A stretch of DNA of 45,251 nucleotides from NCBI GenBank assembly GCA_013205335.1, contig JABMNB010000062.1:1-45251 (forward strand). Reading direction: 5' to 3'. Within the stretch, counting starts at the first letter, position 1. Every line of letters begins with the position of its first letter. Source of the stretch: Rhodospirillales bacterium (lineage in GTDB: Bacteria > Pseudomonadota > Alphaproteobacteria > Reyranellales > Reyranellaceae). This document shows positions 43,481 through 45,251 of this stretch, piece after piece. Below the pieces are notes generated by a model, which saw only the letters and a list, made by a program, of their open reading frames with translations, was not told the DNA's origin and ran no database searches. A program made the position numbers and the translations under genes.

Positions 43481-44287
43481 ATGAAGTCCATTCTGACAAT
43501 GGCCTGGACGTCGGAAGATCCGTCCGCGTTCGATTTGGCCGCAAAGATCGCGCGAACGTTCGGCGCGCGCCTGATCGGCCTCGAACCGCCTTCCTACGGT
43601 GTCATGAGCATGGCCTGGGCGGATGCCGGCATGGGCGCACCGATCGGCGGCGGCCTGGCCGAGGACGCCGAGGAGCGTCAGCGGGTAGCGGCGGTCAAGC
43701 AGGCCTTCGACGAACGCGCAACGGGCCTTGTCGCCGAGTGGCGCTCGGCCGACGACAGCGGCCCGACGGCGATCGGCACGATCGGCCGCGCCTACGATCT
43801 CATCGTGCTGCCGCAGCCCGGCTCGCTGCCGAAGATGCCCGAAAGCGTCTTCGAAACGGCATTGTTCGATTCGGGCCGTCCGGTCCTCGTCGTGCCGCCG
43901 GGTTTCAGCGGCATGGTCGGGAAGCGCATCCTGTTCGCGTGGAACGGTTCGACGGAGAGCGCCCGTGCGATCTCCCTTGCCATGCCGGTATTGAGCGGCG
44001 CCGAGGCGATCGAAGTGCTGAGCGTCGAAGGCGCAATGGTACCTGGCCCGACGGCCATGGAAATCGCCGAGTCACTGAAGAGCCATGGGCTAAACGTGAC
44101 GGGCCAGCACGTGAAACCAGGGACGAAAACGGCCGGTCAGACCATCATCGAGCGGGCGCAGACGATGGGCGCCGACCTGATCGTGAAGGGCGCCTACACG
44201 CAGAGCCGGCTGCGTCAGATGATCTTCGGCGGAGTCACGCGCGATCTCATCCTGACGTCGCCGCTGCCGGTGCTCTTCTCCTATTGA
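43481..44287 (+). CDS. Universal stress protein (tandem USP, alphaproteobacterial type)
   Basis: Motifs DLIVL, SGRPVLVVP, AWNGS.ESARA and ADLIVKGAY.QSRLR..IFGGVTR. SD GGAG precedes ATG 43481. Confidence 0.9.
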   Translation: MKSILTMAWTSEDPSAFDLAAKIARTFGARLIGLEPPSYGVMSMAWADAGMGAPIGGGLAEDAEERQRVAAVKQAFDERATGLVAEWRSADDSGPTAIGTIGRAYDLIVLPQPGSLPKMPESVFETALFDSGRPVLVVPPGFSGMVGKRILFAWNGSTESARAISLAMPVLSGAEAIEVLSVEGAMVPGPTAMEIAESLKSHGLNVTGQHVKPGTKTAGQTIIERAQTMGADLIVKGAYTQSRLRQMIFGGVTRDLILTSPLPVLFSY

Positions 44288-44341
44288 TCCAGACAATCGG
44301 CCGCCGGTGATGCCACCGGCGGCCGTGCTAGAACGCGCGGC

Positions 44342-45251
44342 ATGACGGCTGGCTCGACCGAACCCGAATCGCTCTGGGGTCGCACACTGGTGCTGCTGCT
44401 TCTCGTGGTCATTCTGGTCACGGGGGCCGCGCTGGCATACGCCCAGCAATCCGAAGACCGAAGCATCCCGGCCCCGCCGACGATCGCGGAAAAACTCGTC
44501 ATCCTGCAGGCGGAGCGCGCCGAACTGCAGGCGCGTGCCGACAGCCTGGCGCGTATCGAGATGCTTTCTTCATTCCGCTCGGCGAGCCTGCTGTTCGATG
44601 CGCTGGCCTCGCGATTCGAAGCCGAGCGCGAGCAGCCCTTCGACCGGTTGCCGGCCACGCGACGGGAGATGTTTGCCAGGCTGGAGGCGGTGAATGCCGC
44701 GTTGCGCGCCGCGATCGATCGCCCCGGCACCCCCGGAGGGACCGCTGCCGTGTCGCAGGCGGCAAGCGGCATTCCGGCGGACCTGGAGTGGATGGCGTCC
44801 TTCGATCTCTCGCCGGTCATTCTTTCCTACACGCCGATGTTCCTGGCGCCCCGGCGCACGGTGCCGAGCGAACCGTTGGCTCCCGCCTCTCCGGCCGGCG
44901 ACGATCCCGTGATCGAGATCGAAGTTATGGGTCTGCGCCTGAAAAGGGACCGAACACCGCCGGTGCTGACGATCGGCTCATGGCGGGGCGAGGCCGTCGT
45001 AACACCCGAGCGCCTGAAGTTTGCTGTACCGCGCAGCGTCTTCCCGACTGACGCCAAGCACGCCAAGCTTGCCTCCGGCTCGCTTTTCCTGCGCCATGAC
45101 TCGCGCACCGTGGCGTTCCAGCTGCTTTTCATCTCGATCCCTGAAAAGCCGGGCGGGTTCGCATTCGACCAGAAGGTGCGGTCCGTCGTAACGGAATCCA
45201 ACACGCTGGTATCACCGGAAATATTGGCGCGGGCACCGGTCGGCGAGGCGC
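44342..45251 (+). CDS. Hypothetical exported protein (3' part runs off the window)
   Basis: Not in the ORF track because it has no stop. Open from ATG 44342 to the window end: MTAGSTEPESLWGRTLVLLLLVVILVTGAALAYAQ..., a signal/TM segment ending AYA, then a helical region and a beta-rich region. Confidence 0.7.
   Translation, partial: MTAGSTEPESLWGRTLVLLLLVVILVTGAALAYAQQSEDRSIPAPPTIAEKLVILQAERAELQARADSLARIEMLSSFRSASLLFDALASRFEAEREQPFDRLPATRREMFARLEAVNAALRAAIDRPGTPGGTAAVSQAASGIPADLEWMASFDLSPVILSYTPMFLAPRRTVPSEPLAPASPAGDDPVIEIEVMGLRLKRDRTPPVLTIGSWRGEAVVTPERLKFAVPRSVFPTDAKHAKLASGSLFLRHDSRTVAFQLLFISIPEKPGGFAFDQKVRSVVTESNTLVSPEILARAPVGEA

Overview
High-GC alphaproteobacterial chromosomal window. The gene style suggests a Reyranella-like organism, which is inference only. 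Most of it is densely packed metabolic genes. The centrepiece (22.1-35.6 kb) is a selenocysteine/formate dehydrogenase-N island. It contains fdnG with an in-frame TGA and a canonical SECIS, then fdnH, fdnI, fdhE, selA, an intercalated Sel1-repeat gene, selB, tRNA-Sec (selC), two uncharacterised genes (one frameshifted in a (GC)5 tract), fdhD and mobB. The best candidate for an undescribed system is at 35.6-38.3 kb. There a Slam/type XI secretion-like TPR plus beta-barrel gene lies next to a secreted, non-lipidated protein that joins a FecR domain to a TbpB-like C-terminal barrel. Other notable items are tandem GT-C-like membrane paralogues, an orphan CoxL/XDH-family large subunit and a split pxpA/pxpBC locus. 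Two small ORFs are missing from the ORF track: a 53-aa ORF and a short Flp pilin whose stop codon coincides with a degenerate MITE-like element. No CRISPR array, rRNA, integrase or intact transposase was seen. All family calls come from motif recognition by eye, not from database searches.
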